The notes beneath the pieces are model-generated. The model was given only the letters and a program-made list of their open reading frames with translations, had not been told where the DNA came from and made no database searches. From IMG/VR virus record IMGVR_UViG_3300033434_000373, positions 1 through 40,069 of that record: a stretch of DNA of 40,069 bases; one strand, given 5' to 3'. Positions 1 through 6,651 of the stretch are shown here, piece after piece; the stretch's first letter is position 1, and every line of letters starts with the position of its first letter. This DNA is from a virus. Its lineage: Duplodnaviria > Caudoviricetes. Both the position numbers and the translations under genes were made by a program.

Positions 1-120
1 GATCAGAGCGGGCTGTTATATGAGGGTGTGGATTACAGGCTTCTTGGGGAAGCTGCAAACCGGGTTTTGCTTATGACTTATGAGTGGGGATATACATATG
101 AGCCGATAAGATATAGGTAA
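1..120 (+). pseudogene. yaaH: Interrupted host GH18 glycoside hydrolase (spore cortex-lytic N-acetylglucosaminidase YaaH/SleL-like); 5' part truncated by the prophage, start lies upstream of the window
   Basis: Frame 1 reads DQSGLLYEGVDYRLLGEAANRVLLMTYEWGYTY-EPIRYR-stop. This matches the YaaH/SleL-type motif DQxGLLYExxDY...LMTYEWGYTY, which normally continues GPPMAVAP. Here it breaks off and stops at 118-120, next to the integrase. Confidence 0.8.
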
Positions 121-130
121 TTATTAATCC
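80..130. other. Putative attL (host/prophage junction near nt 99-101)
   Basis: Host protein similarity ends at codon TAT-G (97-100). AT-rich sequence follows, and the serine integrase ends at 148. Confidence 0.65.
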
Positions 131-147
131 TTTAAAAACCCAGTGTT

Positions 148-1731
148 TTAGCGGTTTTCCGGGATCCGTGGGAAAATGTTTAATGTGAAGTTCGCCGTAT
201 TTCCGGCACCTTTTTTATTTCTTTCTGTTTTTAAGTAGTCTATACGGTCTATTACATTTCTCAACATCGAGTTTCTTGTTATAACATCGTCGATTTCCCA
301 GTATGCTTCAATTAACCGTTCAATAGCGGGAATAAAGTCCTTTCGAGCCTGCTCCATGGCAGTGATCCGATCCCGCTCTTTCTCAATGCGATCCAGCTCT
401 TCCTCCAGTTCAGCCTTTTGAGAATCTAATGTTGCACGGCGCTCCTGGAAAGTTTCAAGATCATAAACACCTTGCTCCAGAAGGTCAAAGGTTTTATTTA
501 GCTGTTTCAATGTCTGGTTGAGCTTTTCTTCTATATTAATAATGGAGTTTTCTAACACTGCAAGTGTTGTTTCTCCTTCATGCTCTGATAGCTCTGGCCA
601 TTCAACGTTATACTCCGGGATCCATTCCTTTAACCCCTCGATAACCTGATCTTCTATTAAAGAGAGTGGAGAGGATATATTGCTGCACTTACTGTTTGCA
701 CAGCGTAAGACGGCATAACGGAGCCGGGTATTGCTGGGCTGCCTGGTCATTAAGTTTCCACACTTCGCACAGTATACCAATCCTGAAAGTGGGTTCTGCA
801 GGGCAGTGCTTGTATTAATGGGGAGTGGCTTACCGGCTTTGATCTTTTGCGCCAGGTTAAAGGTATCTTCTGAAATTATAGGATCAAAGCGTCCACGGAC
901 TTTCTCACAATCCGCATCTTTTGGCCGTGATTCAATAATGCGTCCCCCTACCATTTGTTTGTGTACCTTGCGCCATTGCCATCTTTGATATCCACAATAG
1001 GTCGGGTTATTAAGTATATCAACGATGGAAGATGCGGACCAGGGTTTCTCACTTCGAGATGGAACGCTCAGCTCATTGAGCCGATCCCGGATCTGGTAGG
1101 AGCCAAACTGGGCATAGCTACCGTCTTCCTGGGGTTCGCCTGCAGTGTAGAGCTCAAAGATATATTTAATGATTTTAGCTTCCTCTGGCACGATCTGAAG
1201 AGTGTACCCTTTATCACCTTTATGCTTAACCTTCTCGTATCCGTAGGGTGCTGTCCCAGCTATGTACCAGCCATCACGAAAGGCCGCGATCCGGCCGCGC
1301 TGGATCCGTCTATTAATGGTCTTGTATTCCCGCCGGCTCATAAAGAGATTAAATTCAAAATACTCCTCGTCGAATTCATCAGACGGGTCATATGTTTTCA
1401 TTGGAGTTATGATACGGGTATTACTAAACTTAAAGGCTTCGGCTACGGTTCCCTGGTCCTTGGTATCCCCTCTGGCCAGACGTTCCACTTCCATAACAAG
1501 TACACCCTCCCAGGTGCCCTGCATGACTTCCAGGAGGAGGAGCTGCATCTTAGGACGTGCTGATATAGTCTCTCCGGAAACAAGCTCTTTATAGATAGCT
1601 CCGATCTCAAGTCCCATTTTTTTGGACAACTCGGTAAGCAGTTGCTCATGACGGGCCAGGGTCTCTCCCTCACCACGATTCTCAGCTTCTTTATCCGCAC
1701 GACTTTTTCTTAAATACATAAGATAAGACAT
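148..1731 (-). CDS. Large serine recombinase (phage integrase)
   Basis: N-terminal YLRKS catalytic Ser motif, ERLARG, recombinase domain (APYGY, ILNNPTYCG), zinc ribbon CAKCG...C...C and a coiled coil. SD AAGGAG upstream. Confidence 0.95.
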   Translation of the reverse strand: MSYLMYLRKSRADKEAENRGEGETLARHEQLLTELSKKMGLEIGAIYKELVSGETISARPKMQLLLLEVMQGTWEGVLVMEVERLARGDTKDQGTVAEAFKFSNTRIITPMKTYDPSDEFDEEYFEFNLFMSRREYKTINRRIQRGRIAAFRDGWYIAGTAPYGYEKVKHKGDKGYTLQIVPEEAKIIKYIFELYTAGEPQEDGSYAQFGSYQIRDRLNELSVPSRSEKPWSASSIVDILNNPTYCGYQRWQWRKVHKQMVGGRIIESRPKDADCEKVRGRFDPIISEDTFNLAQKIKAGKPLPINTSTALQNPLSGLVYCAKCGNLMTRQPSNTRLRYAVLRCANSKCSNISSPLSLIEDQVIEGLKEWIPEYNVEWPELSEHEGETTLAVLENSIINIEEKLNQTLKQLNKTFDLLEQGVYDLETFQERRATLDSQKAELEEELDRIEKERDRITAMEQARKDFIPAIERLIEAYWEIDDVITRNSMLRNVIDRIDYLKTERNKKGAGNTANFTLNIFPRIPENR

Positions 1732-1765
1732 AAATAAGCTCCTTTCTTAATTCTGAGTCAAGATA

Positions 1766-1811
1766 TAAAAAACCGCCCTTTGCCAGACCGTTAAGCTGGC
1801 TCTGGGGCGGC
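1766..1811 (-). terminator. Intrinsic terminator between the DUF898-like gene and the integrase
   Basis: Minus strand CCGCCCC-AGA-GCCAG...CTGGC-AAA-GGGCGG followed by TTTTTT. Confidence 0.65.
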
Positions 1812-1819
1812 GCTACAAA

Positions 1820-2137
1820 TTAATTTGCAAATTCAGTGTGTTTCACTTTCCACTTCTTCAGAGAAATGTTCAGCCAGAATCCATAGATACCTACAGTGAT
1901 AATACAAAGCAGGAGCCATTTTATCCAATTACCGAATAACTGGCCCGCTGTGCCGGTGAAGCGAAGTCTGCGCCCTTCTACAACTGTATGTTTTATTTCC
2001 CAGTTATAGATCATGCAGCATGCCCATGGATAGCAGATGCCTAATGTACACACTGTAATTATTGCTCCAAGTAAGTTCCAGCCAATCAATTGCAGAAGAC
2101 CCCCATCGAAATACGATTCATTTGATGCCATACTCAT
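1820..2137 (-). CDS. Small DUF898/YjgN-like membrane protein
   Basis: SYFDGG...IITVCTLGICYPW...GRRLRFTG...IITVGIYGFW, the tandem hydrophobic repeat typical of DUF898. SD GAGGT. Confidence 0.8.
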   Translation of the reverse strand: MSMASNESYFDGGLLQLIGWNLLGAIITVCTLGICYPWACCMIYNWEIKHTVVEGRRLRFTGTAGQLFGNWIKWLLLCIITVGIYGFWLNISLKKWKVKHTEFAN

Positions 2138-2207
2138 TTTACCTCTTTTCTTTTGTTGTATTTATTAAAAAGCCATAGGCTATTTTAATTATCTGTCGCA
2201 AGAGAAC

Positions 2208-2221
2208 AGAACAAACGTTCG
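2208..2221. promoter_or_regulatory. LexA/DinR (Cheo) SOS box
   Basis: AGAAC-AAAC-GTTCG versus the Firmicute consensus CGAAC-RNRY-GTTCG (13/14), 8 bp upstream of a -35 hexamer. Confidence 0.75.
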
Positions 2222-2229
2222 AAAATACA

Positions 2230-2258
2230 TTGATTTTTTCTATGATCCATAATATAAT
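2230..2258 (+). promoter_or_regulatory. SigA promoter for the 36-aa ORF
   Basis: TTGATT-17 bp-TATAAT. Confidence 0.7.
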
Positions 2259-2348
2259 GTGTGATAGACAAATATTCTGGTTGGCTGTTACTTTCCCTTC
2301 TGGCCAACTAACCGTCAAACTCATTTTGCTATAAGGGGGAGATACATA

Positions 2349-2459
2349 ATGCCAGATTACAACTACTATTACAATCTTATTATTGAGCGATTGCAAAAAG
2401 TAGATTATAAAAAAATAAAAGCCCTTTATTACATTATAGCTGGCTTCTTGGGGGAATAG
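2349..2459 (+). CDS. Unannotated 36-aa protein, candidate SOS-induced antirepressor
   Basis: MPDYNYYYNLIIERLQKVDYKKIKALYYIIAGFLGE. SD AAGGGGGAG, its own promoter and SOS box, and a terminator; convergent with the repressor. Confidence 0.65.
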   Translation: MPDYNYYYNLIIERLQKVDYKKIKALYYIIAGFLGE

Positions 2460-2479
2460 CTGATGCTATTCCTCTTTTT
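2451..2479. terminator. Terminator hairpin overlapping both convergent stop codons
   Basis: GGGGAATAGC-TGAT-GCTATTCCTC-TTTTT; the U-tract is on the plus strand. Confidence 0.7.
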
Positions 2480-2837
2480 GTTCTTCAAACTTCTTAAATT
2501 CTTTATATATGTAATCCCAGTACTCATCTGGCAATCCCATCATCATATTGAGATAAAATTTCTTAAACTCGTTTTTTTCACTTCCAAGTTTCCCGACATT
2601 CTGAAAATACTGCATATCCTCTGATATAAACATATTCTCTTCGCCGCCGGCGCCGGTACGGAGCCAGTCCTCATTGACATTAAATTCAGAGCATATCAGT
2701 TTAATGGTTTGGTCAGATGGATTATTAATCCCGGCTTCAATTCTACTAATAGATGCTTTAGTTACACTTAGTCGTTTACCAAACTCTTCTTGGCTAAGTC
2801 CTTTATTTTTTCGTATAAGTTTTATTCTATCATTCAA
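2466..2837 (-). CDS. XRE-family HTH phage repressor (CI-like, no S24 peptidase domain)
   Basis: IKLIRKNKGLSQEEFGKRLSVTKASISRIEAG...VNEDWLRTG. SD AGGAGGTG. Divergent from the early operon. Confidence 0.92.
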   Translation of the reverse strand: MNDRIKLIRKNKGLSQEEFGKRLSVTKASISRIEAGINNPSDQTIKLICSEFNVNEDWLRTGAGGEENMFISEDMQYFQNVGKLGSEKNEFKKFYLNMMMGLPDEYWDYIYKEFKKFEEQKEE

Positions 2838-2862
2838 AGTATCACCTCCTAACTACAATATG

Positions 2863-2945
2863 AAAATAACACAAAAAGTTACGTTAGTCAACAAAAAAGT
2901 ATTGACATAGTTACGTTGGTATACTATTATGTAAATGTAAGTAAC
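2863..2945. promoter_or_regulatory. Genetic switch: divergent SigA promoters with three 15-bp operator-like repeats
   Basis: Rightward TTGACA(2902)-17-TATTAT(2925); leftward TTGACT-17-TATTTT. Repeats GTTACGTTAGTCAAC (2878-2892), GTTACGTTGGTATAC (2910-2924) and inverted GTTACTTACATTTAC (2931-2945). Confidence 0.75.
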
Positions 2946-2973
2946 AAATATAAATGAAAGTGAGGTGAGATAA

Positions 2974-3165
2974 ATGAGAGAGGTCACATCTACTATTATA
3001 AATGAAATTAAGCCTGATGCTATTCAGGAACGTCTGATGCAGGCAGAGGAAATGTCTCAGATCTGGGACAAGAGTCCGGAGGCTGTGCAGATGTACTTAA
3101 GAGGTTGTATGGCTACGGCGGCGGCACTGACCGGACAGATTTGTGGACCGAGGAAGGTAAGTTAA
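2974..3165 (+). CDS. First early gene (Cro position), hypothetical 63 aa
   Basis: SD GAGGTG; immediately downstream of the rightward promoter; no clear HTH. Confidence 0.75.
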   Translation: MREVTSTIINEIKPDAIQERLMQAEEMSQIWDKSPEAVQMYLRGCMATAAALTGQICGPRKVS

Positions 3166-3192
3166 AGAAAATTGTGGATAAAGGTGAGAGAA

Positions 3193-3471
3193 ATGTGGAT
3201 TTCAAAAAAGAAGTGGGAATCTCTGGATAAAAGAATTGCTGACCTTGAAGTGCAATTTCAGGGTCAGCAAGTTAAACCAGATTTTTTAGTTTCAGGTCCT
3301 GATGAACTATCACATCTAAAACAAGCTTTTAGAGAGGTTCTTGCAGAGACTAAGAGTCGAGACCAGTCATTAACTCCACAAATAATGATATCTGGTTCCA
3401 TTAATGCAGAAGATTTTAATCGTCAAATTCGAGAACACTTTCAAGAACGGATTTCAGAATCGCCTTATTAA
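3193..3471 (+). CDS. Hypothetical phage protein
   Basis: SD AAGGTGAG before ATG 3193 (MWISKKKWESLDKRIADLE). Confidence 0.6.
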   Translation: MWISKKKWESLDKRIADLEVQFQGQQVKPDFLVSGPDELSHLKQAFREVLAETKSRDQSLTPQIMISGSINAEDFNRQIREHFQERISESPY

Positions 3472-3640
3472 TCATCACCGATTCTATAAATGCAAATGCC
3501 GCCATTTTATCGGGAGTAATGTTACCGTTTTGATCAGTGTATGATTTTATGAGTTCATCTATTGCGGATTGAGTAAAAAATTCGTCCGCTTTTTCTTGAT
3601 AAACGTTATTGAGTTTGTCATTAAATTCTTTTTTAGTCAT
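3416..3640 (-). CDS. Counter-oriented 74-aa accessory (moron) protein
   Basis: MTKKEFNDKLNNVYQ...; SD AAAGGAG; its own promoter at 3691-3719. Confidence 0.7.
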   Translation of the reverse strand: MTKKEFNDKLNNVYQEKADEFFTQSAIDELIKSYTDQNGNITPDKMAAFAFIESVMINKAILKSVLESVLEFDD

Positions 3641-3690
3641 TCTAGTTCTCCTTTCTTTTGCACTCAGCCCTGGCGGGAGCTTGTACTTAA

Positions 3691-3719
3691 AGTATAGGTG
3701 AATTGTAAATTTATAGCAA
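3691..3719 (-). promoter_or_regulatory. SigA promoter of the 74-aa moron
   Basis: Minus strand TTGCTA-17 bp-TATACT. Confidence 0.65.
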
Positions 3720-3780
3720 TATGGAAAGGTGTACAAACCGTTCGACATAAACTCAATTAGATAAAGGAAGGGGTGAGGCT

Positions 3781-3948
3781 ATGGCCATCGTTAAAGAGAT
3801 AAAAAAGGGAGATACGACTTTCATCTTCCACGATGACTACTGTAAGGACACAACACCAGAAGAAGTTAAAGCTATTAGTAAGCAACTCGGACAGATTGCT
3901 TATCCTGCCCTCAGGGCAGCTCACTTACGGAAAGAAGGATCCGCCTGA
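3781..3948 (+). CDS. Small hypothetical phage protein, 55 aa (not in ORF track)
   Basis: MAIVKEIKKGDTTFIFHDDYCKDTTPEEVKAISKQLGQIAYPALRAAHLRKEGSA; SD AAGGGGTGAGG. Confidence 0.7.
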   Translation: MAIVKEIKKGDTTFIFHDDYCKDTTPEEVKAISKQLGQIAYPALRAAHLRKEGSA

Positions 3949-4145
3949 TGGCGGGTATGGTGGACAAGCTGGAAAAAGTAGTCCCTACAACATTAAAAAC
4001 AGTTAGGGTCACTTATTCCTGTAAGTCTTGTCAATTCCGTAATCGGTGTATGGAGCGGAGTAGGCGGTATACATGCAAAGATTATAAAAGGAGGACCCAT
4101 GCAGAAGTATTTTACAAACCTGGAAGATTTCAAAGACGTCAGTAA
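3948..4145 (+). CDS. Possible small Cys-rich protein (CxxC...C...C)
   Basis: TGATG coupling to the previous gene; CKSCQFRNRC...C; overlaps the next ORF. Confidence 0.35.
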   Translation: MAGMVDKLEKVVPTTLKTVRVTYSCKSCQFRNRCMERSRRYTCKDYKRRTHAEVFYKPGRFQRRQ

Positions 4146-4251
4146 ACATCCACTAAGGGATAAAATTCTTTGCTACATACGTACGTTAATTATTTTTGTT
4201 TTGAGTTTAGCCGCTATGCTTGCAGTTTGTGGGGCTTTAGAAGTAGCGTAA
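4099..4251 (+). CDS. Small membrane protein, 50 aa (not in ORF track)
   Basis: MQKYFTNLEDFKDVSKHPLRDKILCYIRTLIIFVLSLAAMLAVCGALEVA; SD AGGAGG; C-terminal TM segment. Confidence 0.7.
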   Translation: MQKYFTNLEDFKDVSKHPLRDKILCYIRTLIIFVLSLAAMLAVCGALEVA

Positions 4252-4269
4252 GAGGAGGCATTTAGAATT

Positions 4270-4548
4270 ATGATGAAACAGGAGTTTGAGAAGCTCATTC
4301 ACGCAGAGGTCAACGAGAGTGACTATAGCGTTATTGACTACGTTTATACTTGGTATCCGACCATAAGTGAAACAGCAGGTAAAAATCAGATTGCCGAATT
4401 GTATGTAAGTTTTGGCATGGCAATTATTACGGATATGGTTCCTCGTGCCAAGAAGATGGAAGCTCTTGAGAATGAGCTTAGAGCGATTCAGCAAAAGCTT
4501 ATTACTATTCAGGATCAGATTAAGGAACTGAGAGGCGAAAATCCATGA
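4270..4548 (+). CDS. Hypothetical phage protein with C-terminal coiled coil
   Basis: SD GAGGAGG; 92-aa ORF. Confidence 0.8.
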   Translation: MMKQEFEKLIHAEVNESDYSVIDYVYTWYPTISETAGKNQIAELYVSFGMAIITDMVPRAKKMEALENELRAIQQKLITIQDQIKELRGENP

Positions 4549-4721
4549 AAAGCTATGATATTGAATGGACTGCAGCTGAAATAGAGAGCTTATCTCTAAA
4601 TGCTTTGGAGAGGGCATTTGATGCCAGACATTTGGGACCATTGGTTATAAACAATGGACACGTTGTCGGCTACGAGAAAACAGAAACCCCAGGAGCTGCA
4701 ACTCCCAGGGAATCAAGGTAA
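4545..4721 (+). CDS. Small hypothetical protein, 58 aa (not in ORF track)
   Basis: ATGA overlap with the upstream stop; SD GAGG; MKSYDIEWTAAEIESL...INNGHVVGYEK. Confidence 0.65.
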   Translation: MKSYDIEWTAAEIESLSLNALERAFDARHLGPLVINNGHVVGYEKTETPGAATPRESR

Positions 4722-4737
4722 CAAATAAAAATATTTC
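4675..4737 (-). ncRNA. Putative ~60-nt antisense small RNA
   Basis: Minus-strand promoter TTGATT(4772-4767)-17-TATAAT(4749-4744), followed ~30 nt after +1 by hairpin CCCTGGGAG-TTGCAG-CTCCTGGGG and TTTCTGTTTT. Confidence 0.5.
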
Positions 4738-4773
4738 ATCTCTATTATACGTAGAGAATCGGAGGAAATCAAG

Positions 4774-4959
4774 ATGGGCTATTACAAAAAATGCCCCTGC
4801 TGTGGGGCGAATCTTGATCCTAATGAAAAATGCGATTGCTTAGATCAGGAAAATTATCAGAAAAGAGAGGAAAGTAATTATGACAATAACAGTAGATATC
4901 AGAGGATTAGAGCCTGTAGTGGAGGCTATAAACAAACTTGCTCAGGCATTAGGAGCTAA
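4774..4959 (+). CDS. Small zinc-finger protein
   Basis: CPCCGANLDPNEKCDC; SD GGAGG. Confidence 0.65.
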   Translation: MGYYKKCPCCGANLDPNEKCDCLDQENYQKREESNYDNNSRYQRIRACSGGYKQTCSGIRS

Positions 4960-5431
4960 TGGGGTGGAAACTAGAATTAACGAGTCTGCAGGACAGGCTC
5001 CTGTACAGGCAGCTTCTACACAGGCGCAGATGCCCGGTGCACAGTACCAGCAAAACCCGGCAGCTCCTCAGGGTGGTACATACTACCAAGCTCCCGGTAT
5101 GATCCCCACTCAGCAAAACTCGGTACCAGTGAATTATGCAACTCAAGGCAACCAGATTCCTGTTGGCAATGCTCAGCAGGTTCCGCAGGGCGGCACTCCT
5201 CCAACTCAGCAGATGGCACCAACGCAGGGACAGATACCAACGACGGCTGTGCCCCAGGGCTATACGCAGGATCAGATTGCCGTAGCAATGACCGGTTTGG
5301 TGGATAGAGGAATGCAGCCTGTAGTCATGCAGATTCTTGGACAATTTGGAGCTATGTCATTACAACAGATTACGAAAGAGCAATATCCGGCATTAGTAAC
5401 GGAGCTCAGGAAGGCAGGGGCGAATATCTGA
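4880..5431 (+). CDS. Replication-module protein with Gln/Pro-rich linker
   Basis: SD GAGAGG; short N- and C-terminal helical parts around a low-complexity linker; directly upstream of DUF2800. Confidence 0.85.
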   Translation: MTITVDIRGLEPVVEAINKLAQALGANGVETRINESAGQAPVQAASTQAQMPGAQYQQNPAAPQGGTYYQAPGMIPTQQNSVPVNYATQGNQIPVGNAQQVPQGGTPPTQQMAPTQGQIPTTAVPQGYTQDQIAVAMTGLVDRGMQPVVMQILGQFGAMSLQQITKEQYPALVTELRKAGANI

Positions 5432-6651
5432 TGAGCGAGGAAAGAAGTCACGCCTTGTTGTCAGCGTCCAGTGCAAAAAAGTGGATTAACTGTCCCCCTT
5501 CTGCAAGACTTGAAGAAGGATTCCCAGACACAACATCTGAAGCTGCAGAAGAGGGGACATTGGCCCACAGCCTTGGAGAGTTAAAGCTCCGTAAATTGTT
5601 TGTTGAGCCTGGAATGCCTGACAAGACCTATAAGGCAGCCTTAAATAAAATAAAGAAGAATGAACTTTATGATCCTGAAATGGATCGTTATACCGATGAT
5701 TATGTTTCATATATTCAGAAGATCGCTTACGGCTATACGACGACTCCTTATGTAGCAATTGAAAAGAAACTCGATTACAGTCATATCGCTCCGGAAGGTT
5801 TTGGGACTGGAGACTGTATTGTTCTTTGCGGAACTGACCTACATGTCATAGATTTAAAATACGGAAAGGGCGTGGTGGTGAGCGCAGAACATAATCCGCA
5901 AATGGGGCTTTACGCTTTGGGAGCACTTGCGGCTTACGGTTTGATCTACCCCATAAATCAGGTACATTTTCATATAGTTCAGCCCCGTGTTCACAATTTC
6001 TCAAGCTGGCAGACGACTGCCGATGACCTGCAGGCGTGGGCCCGTGACGTTGTTAGTCCTAAAGCAGCCCTTGCCTATAAGGGTGAGGGGGAGTTTTGCC
6101 AGGGTACTTGGTGTGATGATGGATTTTGCAAAGCTGCAGGTCAATGCAGGCATCGCATGAATGAGAACATGGCAGTAATTCAGGAGGGACTTGATCCTAT
6201 ATCCGGAAAAATGATGAGTGAAAACCTCATTAGTAATGAAGAGCTTGGCCAGCTCCTTCCTCTGCTGCAATTAGTTGCTCCATGGATCAAAAAGGTAGAA
6301 AAGGCGGCTCTTGAAAAGCTCCTTGCAGATGAAACTGTCCCCGGGTGGAAGCTCGTAGAGGGAAGAAGCAATCGTGAAATTAATGATCAAACAAAGGCAT
6401 TTAAGGATTTAATTGCTGCAGGATACAAAAAAGCAATGCTGTATGAACAGAAGCCGCTACCACTTACTGAAGTTGAAAAGCTTATTACAAAAGAGGATTA
6501 CACCAAGGTATTAGAGCCTTACATAGTAAAACCAAAAGGTAAGCCTACTATAGCACCAGAGAGTGATAAGCGGGCGCCATACCAGAAAAACAGTTCCCCG
6601 CAGGATGACTTCGGTGGGGATAACCAGTATAAGGAGGGACAACCATGTTGA
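5431..6651 (+). CDS. DUF2800 family PD-(D/E)xK (Cas4-like) nuclease
   Basis: HALLSASSAKKWINCPPS, EGTLAH, GFGTGDC, IDLKYGKG, NPQMGLYALG, C...FCKA...C. Confidence 0.9.
   Translation: MSEERSHALLSASSAKKWINCPPSARLEEGFPDTTSEAAEEGTLAHSLGELKLRKLFVEPGMPDKTYKAALNKIKKNELYDPEMDRYTDDYVSYIQKIAYGYTTTPYVAIEKKLDYSHIAPEGFGTGDCIVLCGTDLHVIDLKYGKGVVVSAEHNPQMGLYALGALAAYGLIYPINQVHFHIVQPRVHNFSSWQTTADDLQAWARDVVSPKAALAYKGEGEFCQGTWCDDGFCKAAGQCRHRMNENMAVIQEGLDPISGKMMSENLISNEELGQLLPLLQLVAPWIKKVEKAALEKLLADETVPGWKLVEGRSNREINDQTKAFKDLIAAGYKKAMLYEQKPLPLTEVEKLITKEDYTKVLEPYIVKPKGKPTIAPESDKRAPYQKNSSPQDDFGGDNQYKEGQPC

Noticed and set aside
2139-2396. 85-aa minus-strand ORF from the track
   Set aside because: No SD, atypical composition, and it overlies the SOS box, promoter and the better-supported plus-strand 36-aa ORF.
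3731-3745. GTACAAACCGTTCG as a second SOS box
   Set aside because: The left half-site GAAC is absent and the spacing is wrong.
5431-6651. Cas4-like nuclease as evidence of a CRISPR-Cas locus
   Set aside because: It is the DUF2800 member of the standard DUF2800-DUF2815-PolA phage replication module; no cas genes or array are present.
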